DNA from: a bacterium
GTDB lineage: Bacteria; Krumholzibacteriota; Krumholzibacteriia; G020349025
DNA length: 64,000 nt
Assembly: GCA_031362565.1 (NCBI GenBank)
Contig: JANLSU010000119.1
Span: 1-64,000, forward strand
Reading direction: 5' to 3'
Shown here: positions 17,616 through 27,423 of the stretch, in pieces
Numbering within the stretch: position 1 is the stretch's first letter
Layout of the letters: each line of letters starts with the position of its first letter
Notes under the pieces: model-generated
What the model was told of the DNA's origin: nothing
Databases searched by the model: none
Seen by the model: only the letters and a program-made list of their open reading frames with translations
Translations under genes and position numbers: made by a program

Positions 17616-17646
17616 AGGACTCGGACACGGCCCAGAAACATGGACA
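17616..17646 (-). promoter_or_regulatory. Putative ECF sigma promoter (copy 4)
   Basis: TGTCCA-tgtttctgggccg-TGTCCGAGTCCT, 116 nt upstream of paralog 3. Confidence 0.7.
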
Positions 17647-17788
17647 TGGATGGGAACCCGTCGCGGGGTCGTGTTGGGGACGCGCGAGGGGGGGCAATGG
17701 GCGGCCCTGGACCGGTTCTCGGCCCGATGTATGATGGCGCATCGACGGCGCCGAGCGGCTCGCAATCGCCAATTGCCAGGAGGACCCC

Positions 17789-18223
17789 ATGAAAGAAACC
17801 ACCGACCGTTCCGAAATCATCGAATGCCTGCACCGGGTCTTCCAGGCCGAGATGGCGGGGATCACGCGCTATCTGCACTACTCGTTCATGATCATGGGCC
17901 ACAACCGGATTCCCATCCAAAAGTGGCTCCGTGACGAGGCCACCGAAAACATGGCGCACGCGGTCATCATCGGCGAAAAAATTACGGCCCTCGGCGGCCA
18001 TCCACCCGTGACGTGGGGCGACGTCGAGGAGACGAACGTCCACACCGTGGATCAAATTCTGACCGAGAGCTTGAAGCACGAAGAGCAGGCGCTGGCGCTC
18101 TACAAGAAGCTTGCGAGCCTAGCCGGTGACGATATTGCGATCGAGGAATTGGCGCGGCGCTTCGTCATGATCGAGACCGATCACATCGAGGAAGTGCGGA
18201 AGATGCTCCGCAAGCCGCAGTGA
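17789..18223 (+). CDS. Bacterioferritin-like / ferritin-like protein
   Basis: Di-iron ligand pattern E...Y, ENMAH, E, ETDH; SD AGGAGG. Confidence 0.85.
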   Translation: MKETTDRSEIIECLHRVFQAEMAGITRYLHYSFMIMGHNRIPIQKWLRDEATENMAHAVIIGEKITALGGHPPVTWGDVEETNVHTVDQILTESLKHEEQALALYKKLASLAGDDIAIEELARRFVMIETDHIEEVRKMLRKPQ

Positions 18224-18251
18224 ACGCCGGCAAGCGCGCCGGAAAAGGCCC

Positions 18252-20636
18252 CTACCGCAGGACGGTGACGCGCATTCGTGCCGTCTCGCCGCCCGCCTGC
18301 AGGTGCAAATAGTAGACGCCCGATCCCACCTGGCGTCCGGCTGTGTCATCGCCATCCCACGTGATGTCATGCGGGCCGCCGGCGCGTTCGCCGGCATCGA
18401 TCCGGCGGACCAGGCGCCCACGGACATCGAACACCGCGACCGTGACCGTGGCAGGGCGCGGCAGCGCGAATTCGATCGTCAACAGGCCCCGAGTGGGATT
18501 CGGAAAGCCGCGTCCGAGTTCGAGCTGCGCCGGCAGCCTGGTGGCCGCGGCGGGCGTGCCGCCACCGCCATTGTCGTCGCGCGCCGCCATCGCCAAGGTC
18601 GTGCCCGTCGTCACGATAAGCTCTGGTGGGTGCGCACCTTCCTTTGAACTGTAGTAGGCGCTGTTCCCCGACGGGCTGTGGATCCCGAAGCTGTAGGTCC
18701 CGTTCCCCGTCACCGCCGCAGTCACATCGAACGGCACCCACGCATTGGCAGGAGCCGCGACCGCGGCATTGAGCGGCGCGCCGGCAAAAAACGGCGCATT
18801 CTTGAAGTTGATGCCGGTTTCGATCCACGGGGTCGTGGTGTTCCGATAGGTATCGGCGACCCGGTAGGCGAAGCCGGCGTGATCGCTCGCATCGGTGCAA
18901 TACAACCGGAGCACTGCACTCTGCACGGGTCCCGCCAGACCGCTGATATTGAACTTCAAGAACGAGTCGTAGGTTTCGCTGTCGGTCTTGACGCGGAGTG
19001 TCGTCGCTGCCCCATACGTGCTGGACCCGGACGACGAGTTCACTTTGGAGTCCTGGACCGCCAGGAGCGTCACGACGCCGGCAGCTGGCGGCGGCGGTGG
19101 AGGCGTTCCGGTGTCGTCATTCACGATGGTCCCCACGGCTTGCGCCCGTGCGACGGTCCCCGCCGAAGCGTGCGTCAGGTTGACCGCAAACGTCTCGTCG
19201 AGCTCGACGTCGGTGTCCCCCGTGACCGGGACTCGAATCGTCCGGCTGTCCGACGTGCCGGTGACCTGCAGGGTCCCGGACACCGGTGTGTAGTCGATAC
19301 CGGCGGCCGCACTGCCGGCCGATGTCGACCAATCGACGTCGATCGTGCTGCCGTCGCCGTTCGCGAGCGTGACCGTGAAGACCGCGTCCGTGCTGTTGGA
19401 GTTGCCTTCCGTTGTCTGTGCATCGGCGATCGACAGAATCGGGCCGGAGCCAATCACGTTGACCGCAACTTCATCCCAGGGATGCGACGGGCCATCGTCG
19501 GCGGTCAACCGCAACACGTAGGCGCCGGGAGCGGTGAAGCTGGCGGTCGTTGCCGCCGCGGTTGGATTGGCGAATACGGCGGGCGCGGGCCCGCTCGTCG
19601 TGGTCCAGCCGAGCGTCAAACGACCGGGCGGCGCTGGATCCCCATCGTCGGTGGAACGTGCGTTCAGGCTCGCCGCGGCCGGCAACGTCACCGCGAGATC
19701 TGGGCCGGCATCCACACAGGGTGGCGCATCGTACACCACCGGGCTGCTGCTCCACGGATTGCGCAGGAGCGTGAACGGATTGCGGCTGTCCAACGTGACC
19801 GTCACCTGGACGGGATCTTCCTCACCGCCGTTGTTGACGCAGGCGCGCAAGATGTTCGCCTCCGCGAACGGATGGTCGAGCTTCCAGGTGTGGTCGTCGC
19901 CGTGCAACAACAGCAACGGTTTGGCGAACGTCGCCGCGGCAGCCCGGAACTGAGTGAAGAATAGATTTTGATGGCTGTCGCCGGGACCGTCCTGGCTAAA
20001 GAGCACGGCCGCACGCACCCCGGCGCCGCGGTCGCGCAGTTGCTGGCTGACCCAGTCGGCATCTTGTTGGAGCAGCACGTTCCACACCGTCTGGTTCACC
20101 GACGACGGTGGTGACGGCAGATCGATGCCGAGGCACAGGACGCCCTTCGTGATGAATGACCAATTTTCGTGGCGCACGCTCTGATGCGCGGTCACCGGCG
20201 CCCCACAGAAGCCGGCGTCGAAGTCGGTGAAATAGCGCGCCCAGTACGTCCAGGCTTGGGACGGGTTCGAGCAATCCGTGGTCTCGTTGTCGCCCGGCAG
20301 AATGTAGGTCGGCACCGCGAGCGCCCGCATCCAACCGGCCATATCACGGCAAAGGGCTTCCGTGCACGAGCTCGAGCCGCTCTTGATGTCACCGATGTGC
20401 ACCATGAAATCGGCGGGGCTGTATTTATTGTGATCGCGGATCTGGCGTTGCAGCGTCGGCACTTCGCTCGAGCCGTAGGGGACGTCGCCCATCGCCGAGA
20501 AGATGAGCACTTGATCCTGGGCGTGCGCGTTGCCCCACGGCGCCACGATCCAGGCCGGCAGCACGACCAGAGCCTTTTTGCATACGGCCCAAACCCTCGC
20601 CCCGCGGGGAGATTCGGATCGCTGAAGGTGTCGCAC
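18252..20636 (-). CDS. Secreted multidomain protein: metallophosphoesterase-like + PKD + Calx-beta + DNRLRE/CBM96-like + FlgD-Ig
   Basis: GDVPY, HIGDIK, GDNE, HGDDH; VDAGPD; SIADAQTTEGN...ELDETF; YSSKEG; FPNP...WDGDDTAG...SGVY. Start uncertain. Confidence 0.8.
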   Translation of the reverse strand: MRHLQRSESPRGARVWAVCKKALVVLPAWIVAPWGNAHAQDQVLIFSAMGDVPYGSSEVPTLQRQIRDHNKYSPADFMVHIGDIKSGSSSCTEALCRDMAGWMRALAVPTYILPGDNETTDCSNPSQAWTYWARYFTDFDAGFCGAPVTAHQSVRHENWSFITKGVLCLGIDLPSPPSSVNQTVWNVLLQQDADWVSQQLRDRGAGVRAAVLFSQDGPGDSHQNLFFTQFRAAAATFAKPLLLLHGDDHTWKLDHPFAEANILRACVNNGGEEDPVQVTVTLDSRNPFTLLRNPWSSSPVVYDAPPCVDAGPDLAVTLPAAASLNARSTDDGDPAPPGRLTLGWTTTSGPAPAVFANPTAAATTASFTAPGAYVLRLTADDGPSHPWDEVAVNVIGSGPILSIADAQTTEGNSNSTDAVFTVTLANGDGSTIDVDWSTSAGSAAAGIDYTPVSGTLQVTGTSDSRTIRVPVTGDTDVELDETFAVNLTHASAGTVARAQAVGTIVNDDTGTPPPPPPAAGVVTLLAVQDSKVNSSSGSSTYGAATTLRVKTDSETYDSFLKFNISGLAGPVQSAVLRLYCTDASDHAGFAYRVADTYRNTTTPWIETGINFKNAPFFAGAPLNAAVAAPANAWVPFDVTAAVTGNGTYSFGIHSPSGNSAYYSSKEGAHPPELIVTTGTTLAMAARDDNGGGGTPAAATRLPAQLELGRGFPNPTRGLLTIEFALPRPATVTVAVFDVRGRLVRRIDAGERAGGPHDITWDGDDTAGRQVGSGVYYLHLQAGGETARMRVTVLR

Positions 20637-20767
20637 GAGCGCCCCCTGGAAAGATCGCGTCGGGGCGTGCACGGGGGCGAGCGCGCCTCGAAAACCTGTA
20701 GTCCAGAGAGTATACACAACGGCAAGCGGCGCAGTCCAGCCGCGGATTGTCGCCGGCGATGCCGGGG

Positions 20768-22846
20768 TCAGTCACCGCCATATTTAAGGCCAAAGAGGAA
20801 ACTGCGCTCCATGCCCGGTTCGATGAAACGCCCACCCACACCATTGATGAACACCGACCCCACGTAGCGCGCGTCGAAGATGTTATCGCAGCCGACGAAG
20901 GCGTCCAACCGGCCGCCGCCGACCTGCCGGTGCGCCCCCACGGTGATGTCGGCGATCCCGTACGCCGGCACCCGGTTGGTGTTCGCATCGTCCGCAAAAT
21001 ACTGGCCCAACGAGTGAACGCCCGCCTCGACAAACGCCCCAAACGGGGCTTCCCAGCCCAGCTTTTCGTCGAGAATGAAGGGCGCAATCCCGGCGCTCTG
21101 GTTGTCGGCGAAATTGCCGAGCTGGTTGCGGTATTCGACGTAGCGATTGCGCGACACGCTGCAGGCCAACCGTGTGTAGACGCCACTCGCAAGGCGCAGC
21201 TCGCCGCCGACTTCGACGCCAAGCCGGCGCGACTTCCCGGCAGTCGAATAGTACGCACCGTCATCGAATGGGATGATGTCGTTGTACACATCCAGCCCGT
21301 ACAGCGCCAGGTCGTAACGGAAAAACGACTTGCCGTCCGGGCTCAGCGCCTGCGTCCCCTTGGTCCCTAACTCCAGGGTGAAACTATGCGCCAGCTTCAA
21401 GAATGGATTCAGGCCGGTCAAGGTGTCGAACGGCGCTGGTGGATCGATCTCGTTGTAGGCCGGTGCTTCGATGCCGCTCGACAAAGCCAGATAGACGCTC
21501 TGGCTCGGCCGGATCCGGAACGCCGCAGCGACCCGTGGACTGACTCGATTCATCGACCGCTTGGCGTCGAGCGCTGGATTCTGGAAATCCTCGAAGATGA
21601 AACGCACCAGGTCGTAGTGCGCCCCGGCGGAGACATTCAACTTCGCCGTTGGGTGTGCCTCGAGCTGCGAGAAGATCCCGAGAGTATTGATCGCTTCACG
21701 CTTGTTCGCGAACGGGGCGGGACCGCTGGCGCGCGTCCCGTTCGGACCCAAGTTGTAGAAGAGCACGGTGCCGTCCTGGTACGCATCGTCCACCCCGTTC
21801 GTCCAACGCAGGTCGAGATCCCGCGCTACAGGGACCTGCCAACGGTACGAAACGCCGCCGCCCGTGTGGACGCGCGTGAAGTCGCGGAAGCGGTTGCGCT
21901 CGGCTCGATGCAGGACCTTTGGCTCCACAAACGCACTCACGGACAACAGGTCGTCCTTCTGCCAGCCATGCTGCAGGCGCACGCCGAGACGGCCGATCGA
22001 GTTCTCGCGCCGATAGTTGCGAGTCACGAACGTCGGATCTGCCAGACGAGGGTCGGCGGCGAATTCGTCGGTGGTAAGCGCTCCGGGTTGCTCGTTCTTG
22101 TTGCGCGTCGCCGCGAGAAACACGCCCAAGTCCGTTGAACGCGACAGTTGTGTCAAGATGGATGTCTGCAACGTGGTTGTGGTGCTTCGACTGTGACGCC
22201 GCCAACCATCAAAACGTGTGTTGGACACGGAAAGACGCGCATCGGCGCTGCCGAGGGGCAATGTGCCGATGGCGTGCTGCCGCTGCAAGCCGAAGCTGCC
22301 GAAGGCGGTCCGCAGTTGGAACGAGCGCGGGCCGATCCGCGAATGCGTGAAAAGATCCACCAGCCCGCCCGACGCGGAGCCAAAGAGCGCCGAGGCGTTC
22401 GAGCGCACGACACGCACGCGCTCGATCGAGCCCATGTCGGCAAAGTCGAGGCTGGTGCGTCCATCGGGCTCGGTCAGCGGGAACCCGTCGAGCTGAATGC
22501 GGATGCCGCGCGTGGTGCCGGCGTTCGAACGCTCCCCGGCGCCGCGCGCCCCGAAACCGCGGATTGTGATGCGCACGTCTTGCCCGCCCGAACGGCTCTG
22601 GGCAATGACACCAGGCACGGTGTCCAACGCCTCATCCAGGCCGATCTGCCTCTCGGTCTGCAGATCCGCCGCCAGCACTTCGCTGATCGCGACCGGGCTC
22701 GAGAGGCCGCGCCCCGGCAGGCGATCGCCAGTGACCCGCACGGTGTCCGTCATTGCGGTGGCGCTTCCGGCCTCCGAAAAGGCCCGCACCGGCACTAGGA
22801 ACGCCGCGAGCAAGATCGTGAAAACGGCGGCCATTCGGCGCTCCAC
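20768..22846 (-). CDS. TonB-dependent receptor
   Basis: TonB box DTVRVTG; plug IRGFG...IERVRVVR...ALFG; terminal NIFDARY...PGMERSFLFGLKY. Confidence 0.92.
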   Translation of the reverse strand: MERRMAAVFTILLAAFLVPVRAFSEAGSATAMTDTVRVTGDRLPGRGLSSPVAISEVLAADLQTERQIGLDEALDTVPGVIAQSRSGGQDVRITIRGFGARGAGERSNAGTTRGIRIQLDGFPLTEPDGRTSLDFADMGSIERVRVVRSNASALFGSASGGLVDLFTHSRIGPRSFQLRTAFGSFGLQRQHAIGTLPLGSADARLSVSNTRFDGWRRHSRSTTTTLQTSILTQLSRSTDLGVFLAATRNKNEQPGALTTDEFAADPRLADPTFVTRNYRRENSIGRLGVRLQHGWQKDDLLSVSAFVEPKVLHRAERNRFRDFTRVHTGGGVSYRWQVPVARDLDLRWTNGVDDAYQDGTVLFYNLGPNGTRASGPAPFANKREAINTLGIFSQLEAHPTAKLNVSAGAHYDLVRFIFEDFQNPALDAKRSMNRVSPRVAAAFRIRPSQSVYLALSSGIEAPAYNEIDPPAPFDTLTGLNPFLKLAHSFTLELGTKGTQALSPDGKSFFRYDLALYGLDVYNDIIPFDDGAYYSTAGKSRRLGVEVGGELRLASGVYTRLACSVSRNRYVEYRNQLGNFADNQSAGIAPFILDEKLGWEAPFGAFVEAGVHSLGQYFADDANTNRVPAYGIADITVGAHRQVGGGRLDAFVGCDNIFDARYVGSVFINGVGGRFIEPGMERSFLFGLKYGGD

Positions 22847-22998
22847 GCGAGACCCTCCCAAAAGATGACACGCTATGAACTGCGCGCGCGGTGCAAGGAC
22901 ACCGCTGCAGATCGTGAAGTGGGGCGATCGACTCAGAACGATTGAATCATACAGGTCAAGTCGACATTGCGGCAAGGCGTCCGCCGCCGCCGGTGCCG

Positions 22999-23421
22999 CT
23001 ACTCACCGATAATCTTCACCAAGACCCGTTTCTGGCGCCGGCCATCGAATTCGCCGTAGAAGATCTGCTCCCACCGGCCGAAGTCGAGTTTGCCGTTGGT
23101 GACTGCGACGACGACCTCACGGCCCATGACCTGGCGCTTGTGATGCGCGTCGCCGTTGTCCTCGCCGGTACGGTTGTGGTGATAGCGTTCGGGTGAAGCA
23201 TCATACGGCGCCAGCCTTTCGAGCCAGCGTTTGTAGTCTTCGTGCAGTCCGGGTTCGTCGTCGTTGATGAACACCGAGGACGTGATGTGCATGGAATTCA
23301 CGAGGCAGAGGCCCTCGCGGATTCCACTCGTACGTAGCGCGGCTTCGACCCGGTCCGTGATGTTTACGAAGTCCATGCGGACCGGAATCTCGAGCTTCAG
23401 GTATTCGGTATGCGATTTCAG
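22999..23421 (-). CDS. yjbQ: YjbQ/UPF0047 family protein (secondary thiamine-phosphate synthase)
   Basis: [30 protein letters not shown]. The family-like N-terminus extends to a CTG at 23421; the first ATG is at 23376. Confidence 0.9.
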   Translation of the reverse strand: MKSHTEYLKLEIPVRMDFVNITDRVEAALRTSGIREGLCLVNSMHITSSVFINDDEPGLHEDYKRWLERLAPYDASPERYHHNRTGEDNGDAHHKRQVMGREVVVAVTNGKLDFGRWEQIFYGEFDGRRQKRVLVKIIGE

Positions 23422-23439
23422 CCGGGGACCCCTTTCGGG

Positions 23440-24216
23440 TTAGGCCGTGTCCAAACCCCAACGGGCGCGAATGCCTTTTTCGATGCGGCCGAACAGGAAC
23501 CGGTCGAGCGCCAACCCGAACAGGATCGTCAGCACCATGATCGCCAACACCTGCGACGCGTCGTTCAGCTCGCGCCCCATGTACAGCAGGTAGCCCAGCC
23601 CGACGCTCGACTTGATGAGTTCCGCGGACACTACGCCGTGCCATCCCAAGGTCCAGCCGAGTTTGATGCCGGTCACAATGCTGGGCAGCGCCGCCGGAAT
23701 GATGACGCGATACGGCATGGCATAGGCCGGGGTGCCCAGAGTGCGGGCGGCGCGCAGATACAACGGCGGAATATTGAGGATGCCGCTCGAGGTGGCAATG
23801 GCCACCGCCGCGACCGAACTCATGATGATCACGAAGTAGATTCCGCGATCGCTGAGCCCGAACAACAGCAATGCGATGGGCACCCACGCCGCGGTCGGCA
23901 GAGTCTGCAGGCCCAGAAACAAGGACCGCAGGCAGCCGTTGATGACACGGCTGACGCCCATCAGCAAGCCCATCGTGAGCCCGATCGCCGCTGAGATACT
24001 GAACCCCAGCGCCATCCGTGCCAGCGTGGCGCGGATGCTGGGCCACAGCATGCCGTCGACACCCAGCTCCCATAGGCGCCGGGCAACGTGCACTGGCGAC
24101 GGGAACAGGTACTCGCGAACCAGCCCCAGGCTGAAGATCAATTGCCACACCGCGATCAGCGTCAAATAGAACGCGAGAATCACGAAGTTAAGCGCGTGGT
24201 TCGTTTTCTTTGTCAT
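23440..24216 (-). CDS. ABC transporter permease, sulfonate/nitrate/taurine (SsuC-like)
   Basis: FPSP, LQTLP, RAARTLG EAA loop, VIIPAALP, AELI...GLGY. Confidence 0.9.
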   Translation of the reverse strand: MTKKTNHALNFVILAFYLTLIAVWQLIFSLGLVREYLFPSPVHVARRLWELGVDGMLWPSIRATLARMALGFSISAAIGLTMGLLMGVSRVINGCLRSLFLGLQTLPTAAWVPIALLLFGLSDRGIYFVIIMSSVAAVAIATSSGILNIPPLYLRAARTLGTPAYAMPYRVIIPAALPSIVTGIKLGWTLGWHGVVSAELIKSSVGLGYLLYMGRELNDASQVLAIMVLTILFGLALDRFLFGRIEKGIRARWGLDTA

Positions 24217-25036
24217 GCGTCTCTTCCAGCTGTGCTGCAATACGGTTGGCGTAGTCCGCCACTTGCGGGTCGTTGATGTCGCGCGGCCGCGGCAAATCGA
24301 TCGCGATCTCGGCCTCGACGCGCCCGGGGCGGCCGGTGAAGACCAGGACGCGGTCCCCCAGGCAGGCGGCTTCGCGTGCATCGTGTGTCACCGCGACGAT
24401 GGTCTTGCCGGTCCGTACCAGGATCTCCTGGAGTTCCGTGTAGAGCTTGGCGCGTACCAGAGCGTCGAGCGCGGCGAAGGGCTCGTCGATCAGCAACAGT
24501 TGCGGATCGGGTGCCAGCGCTCGCGCCAGCGCCACCCGTTGCTTCATGCCGCCTGAAAGTTCATGCACTGCAGACTTGGAAAACTCGGAGAGATGCACCA
24601 GTTCAAGCAACTCGAGCGCCCGCTCCCGCTGCTTCCGGCGCCGGAATCTGTAGCCAGGCTCCCAGCGCAATCCGTACACGACGTTGTCGAGCACGTTCAG
24701 CCACGGAAACAGCGCGTGCTCCTGAAACATCATCAGGCGATCGTTGCCGGGGCGTCGAATGGGCTTGCCGTCGAGGAGAATCTGGCCGGTCGTCGGCGCC
24801 GCGAATCCGGCGATAAGGTTGAGGAGCGTGGTCTTGCCGCAGCCCGAGGGGCCGAATAACACCAGGAATTCACCGGCTAGGATGTCCACATTGACCTCTT
24901 GCAAGACCTCCACCGTCTGCGAAGTGGTCTCGAACGACTTCGAAACCGCGGTGATCCGCAGCTTGACGGCTCCCGGACGGCGGGCCGGTGGGGCTTCGTT
25001 GTCGGTGGCCGGCACGCGTATCATCTCAATCCGCAA
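24188..25036 (-). CDS. ABC transporter ATP-binding protein (SsuB/TauB-like)
   Basis: GPSGCGKT, LSGGMKQR, DEPFAALD, VTHD, LPRPR. Confidence 0.93.
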   Translation of the reverse strand: MRIEMIRVPATDNEAPPARRPGAVKLRITAVSKSFETTSQTVEVLQEVNVDILAGEFLVLFGPSGCGKTTLLNLIAGFAAPTTGQILLDGKPIRRPGNDRLMMFQEHALFPWLNVLDNVVYGLRWEPGYRFRRRKQRERALELLELVHLSEFSKSAVHELSGGMKQRVALARALAPDPQLLLIDEPFAALDALVRAKLYTELQEILVRTGKTIVAVTHDAREAACLGDRVLVFTGRPGRVEAEIAIDLPRPRDINDPQVADYANRIAAQLEETHDKENEPRA

Positions 25037-26054
25037 TGGGTGGCAGGCGTCGCGCCCGCAGCACCTTGTTCAAGATTCCCAGCCCATAGATCCCGTGCAG
25101 ATCCGGCGGCTCACGCAGAAAGCCGACCTGGTGTGCAGATGCAGCCGATTGGCGCAGGGCTACGGGTAACGGATCCCACGTGAGTTCGACGCGTCCCAAG
25201 GCGCGCTCCACGACCTCGGGCAGCAAGGCCTTGCCGCTCTCCTTCTTGATTTCGGCGTTCAGAATGCGGGCGGCTGCCGGCTTGTCGGCATTGATCTGTT
25301 GGGTGACATCGATGAGCGCGCCCAGCAGCTTCTCCACGAGTTGCGGGTTCGTGGCAAGGAACTCGCGGTTGACGATGAGATGCGTGGTGACGTATTTGCC
25401 GCCCGGCCAGAGGGTTTTCTCGTCCAGGAACAGCTGGCCGCCGCCTTCCAGTTCCAATCGCGACACCCAAGGTTCCACGGTCCAGGCGCCGTCGATTTCC
25501 TTCTTTTGAAACAGCGTCAGCTGGTCGGGATTGGAAAGCGCCAGAAGCGCCAAGTTGCCGCCCTTTTCCTTCAACTTGTAGCCGTGCGCCGCGAACCACA
25601 TGCGCGCCGCCACGTCCTGCGTGTTGCCGAGTTGCGGCGTCGCAATCGTCTTGCCGCCGAAGTCGCGGTCGGTGTGAATTCCCGCGTCCTTGCGCAGGAC
25701 CAAGCCTGTACCGCCGCTCGCCGCTCCGGCGACGATGACGAACTCCTGCCCCTGCGACTTCATGAAACCGTTGATGGCGGGATTCGGTCCCACGAACGTC
25801 GCATCGATGGCGTGCGAGAACATTGCTTCGATCGCGCTCGGCCCGGCGTTGAACGACGTCCACTCGATCGGTACGCCGATGGCTTTCTCGAACTGCCCGC
25901 CGGCGCGGGCGTAGAGTGCCTGCGCGTGCGTGATGTTGGGACAATGGCCCAACCGCAATACCCGCGCCTCGGCGGCTGCTGGACATGGCGCGGTAGCAAG
26001 CGTTCCGGCAATGCAGGCGAGAAGAAGCGCGAAGCGCGTGCGGCTGGCTCTCAT
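25026..26054 (-). CDS. ABC substrate-binding protein, aliphatic sulfonate family (SsuA-like)
   Basis: Signal peptide; PNITHA, FNAGP, GPNPAING, ATPQLGNTQD, EPW. Confidence 0.88.
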   Translation of the reverse strand: MRASRTRFALLLACIAGTLATAPCPAAAEARVLRLGHCPNITHAQALYARAGGQFEKAIGVPIEWTSFNAGPSAIEAMFSHAIDATFVGPNPAINGFMKSQGQEFVIVAGAASGGTGLVLRKDAGIHTDRDFGGKTIATPQLGNTQDVAARMWFAAHGYKLKEKGGNLALLALSNPDQLTLFQKKEIDGAWTVEPWVSRLELEGGGQLFLDEKTLWPGGKYVTTHLIVNREFLATNPQLVEKLLGALIDVTQQINADKPAAARILNAEIKKESGKALLPEVVERALGRVELTWDPLPVALRQSAASAHQVGFLREPPDLHGIYGLGILNKVLRARRLPPIAD

Positions 26055-26184
26055 GGATGCACCTTTCGGTGACGTCGCTCGATCGCCGCGCACAGTGTGG
26101 CACACGGATGGCGCTCGAGTCCACCCGGGGAACGACATGACGCTGCTGTAACGTTGCGCACCAAAGGTGTCCGAGTCGAGCCGT

Positions 26185-27243
26185 TTATCGTTGCGGACGG
26201 TAGAGATCCTTGACCGAACCCCACGAGCGCTGTTGAACCGCCGTCGGCCCGCCCAAAGTAACGATCTGCGTCTGAAACTGGGTCATCGTGAGGCCGGTGA
26301 TCGTGTCCAAATTCAACCGCTCGCGCTCGAAGGCTAACGTCGAAGCCAGGCCTGGACTACCGGCGTCCTGCAGCGTTTGAAGGATATCGAGCAAGTTGTC
26401 TTGCATTGATTGCGACACTGTCGCGGCCCCGCCCGATCCATTCACGAGGGCGCTCAGAGCGGCAATCCAATCGTCCTGGGCTTTGAGAATGCGGATCGCC
26501 AGCGACGGTGCAGCGACGATGGCCTGCACTGCGCTGCCTCCGAGTTGGTCATACAGCGCAATGTAGTATTGCCCACTGGTGGTCGAAGACAAGACTTCAT
26601 CACGATAGCGTTGCAACGTCACCGTCGGCGGATCGCTGCCGGGACCTTGCGCGGCGCCTTGCCGGCTCCGCCCTTGCTCGGGGCAGAACCCGGGAATTTG
26701 CAGCGCGCAGAGCAGTGCGCCGTAGAACTCCCATGCGCACACATCCCCCTTCGCGCTGACGCCCGTCTGCGAAACCCAAGCAATGTACAGCGTCCCTGGC
26801 GTGCCGACGGCGGCGTTCGGCGCCGCGCCGGTCAGAGAGAAGTAGCCCCATCGCCCGATCCAACCTGGATAGAACTGCACCGGTGCTTCGTCCCCGAAAG
26901 TGCGCGTGGCGGTGCGCGCCGTCGCGCCGGGTGGAAAGAGAACCGCGCCGAGCGGTGGAGACAAGCTGCTCACGGTACTCACGCTGAGACCGTCTCCGAT
27001 CGCGGCTTGGTCGAGCACGAGCGGGAGTTGCACCGTCGGACTGGTGACGACCCAGTACGAACCCTCGTTCGACGGTAAATAGGCGTCGGCCGCATCGATG
27101 GTCACGGTCGTGACTCGGGCCGGGCGCGGTGCGGCGGCGGATTGGCTGGCGCCGGCCACAAGAGCCCCGGAGGTCAACACGACAACGGCAAACAATCCGA
27201 TGCGGGTTTGTGACGCGGCGTGCAAGGCGTTACGTTGTGACAT
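26185..27243 (-). CDS. Secreted hypothetical protein with a C-terminal WGSVKDLYR tail
   Basis: ATG at 27243 after GGAGG; signal-peptide-like N-terminus; ends TAVQQRSWGSVKDLYRPQR. Confidence 0.7.
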   Translation of the reverse strand: MSQRNALHAASQTRIGLFAVVVLTSGALVAGASQSAAAPRPARVTTVTIDAADAYLPSNEGSYWVVTSPTVQLPLVLDQAAIGDGLSVSTVSSLSPPLGAVLFPPGATARTATRTFGDEAPVQFYPGWIGRWGYFSLTGAAPNAAVGTPGTLYIAWVSQTGVSAKGDVCAWEFYGALLCALQIPGFCPEQGRSRQGAAQGPGSDPPTVTLQRYRDEVLSSTTSGQYYIALYDQLGGSAVQAIVAAPSLAIRILKAQDDWIAALSALVNGSGGAATVSQSMQDNLLDILQTLQDAGSPGLASTLAFERERLNLDTITGLTMTQFQTQIVTLGGPTAVQQRSWGSVKDLYRPQR

Positions 27244-27423
27244 GAATGAACCTCCCGCACGATCGATGTCGAAGATCGAAAAGCTCCGCGGACCTGCGAC
27301 CTGGCAGTAACGAGGATGTGACGCGACGGTATACATTTGAGGATCGGGTTGCAAGCGTGTCCCCGGCGGAGCGATCGCGACGCGTGGAGATCGCAAAAAC
27401 ACGGAGCGTAGCAGTTGATGTTG

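Noticed and set aside
26146..26180. GTGTCCGAGTC half-match to the regulon motif on the plus strand
   Set aside because: It lacks TGTCCA at the 13-nt spacing and points antisense into the 3' end of a gene.
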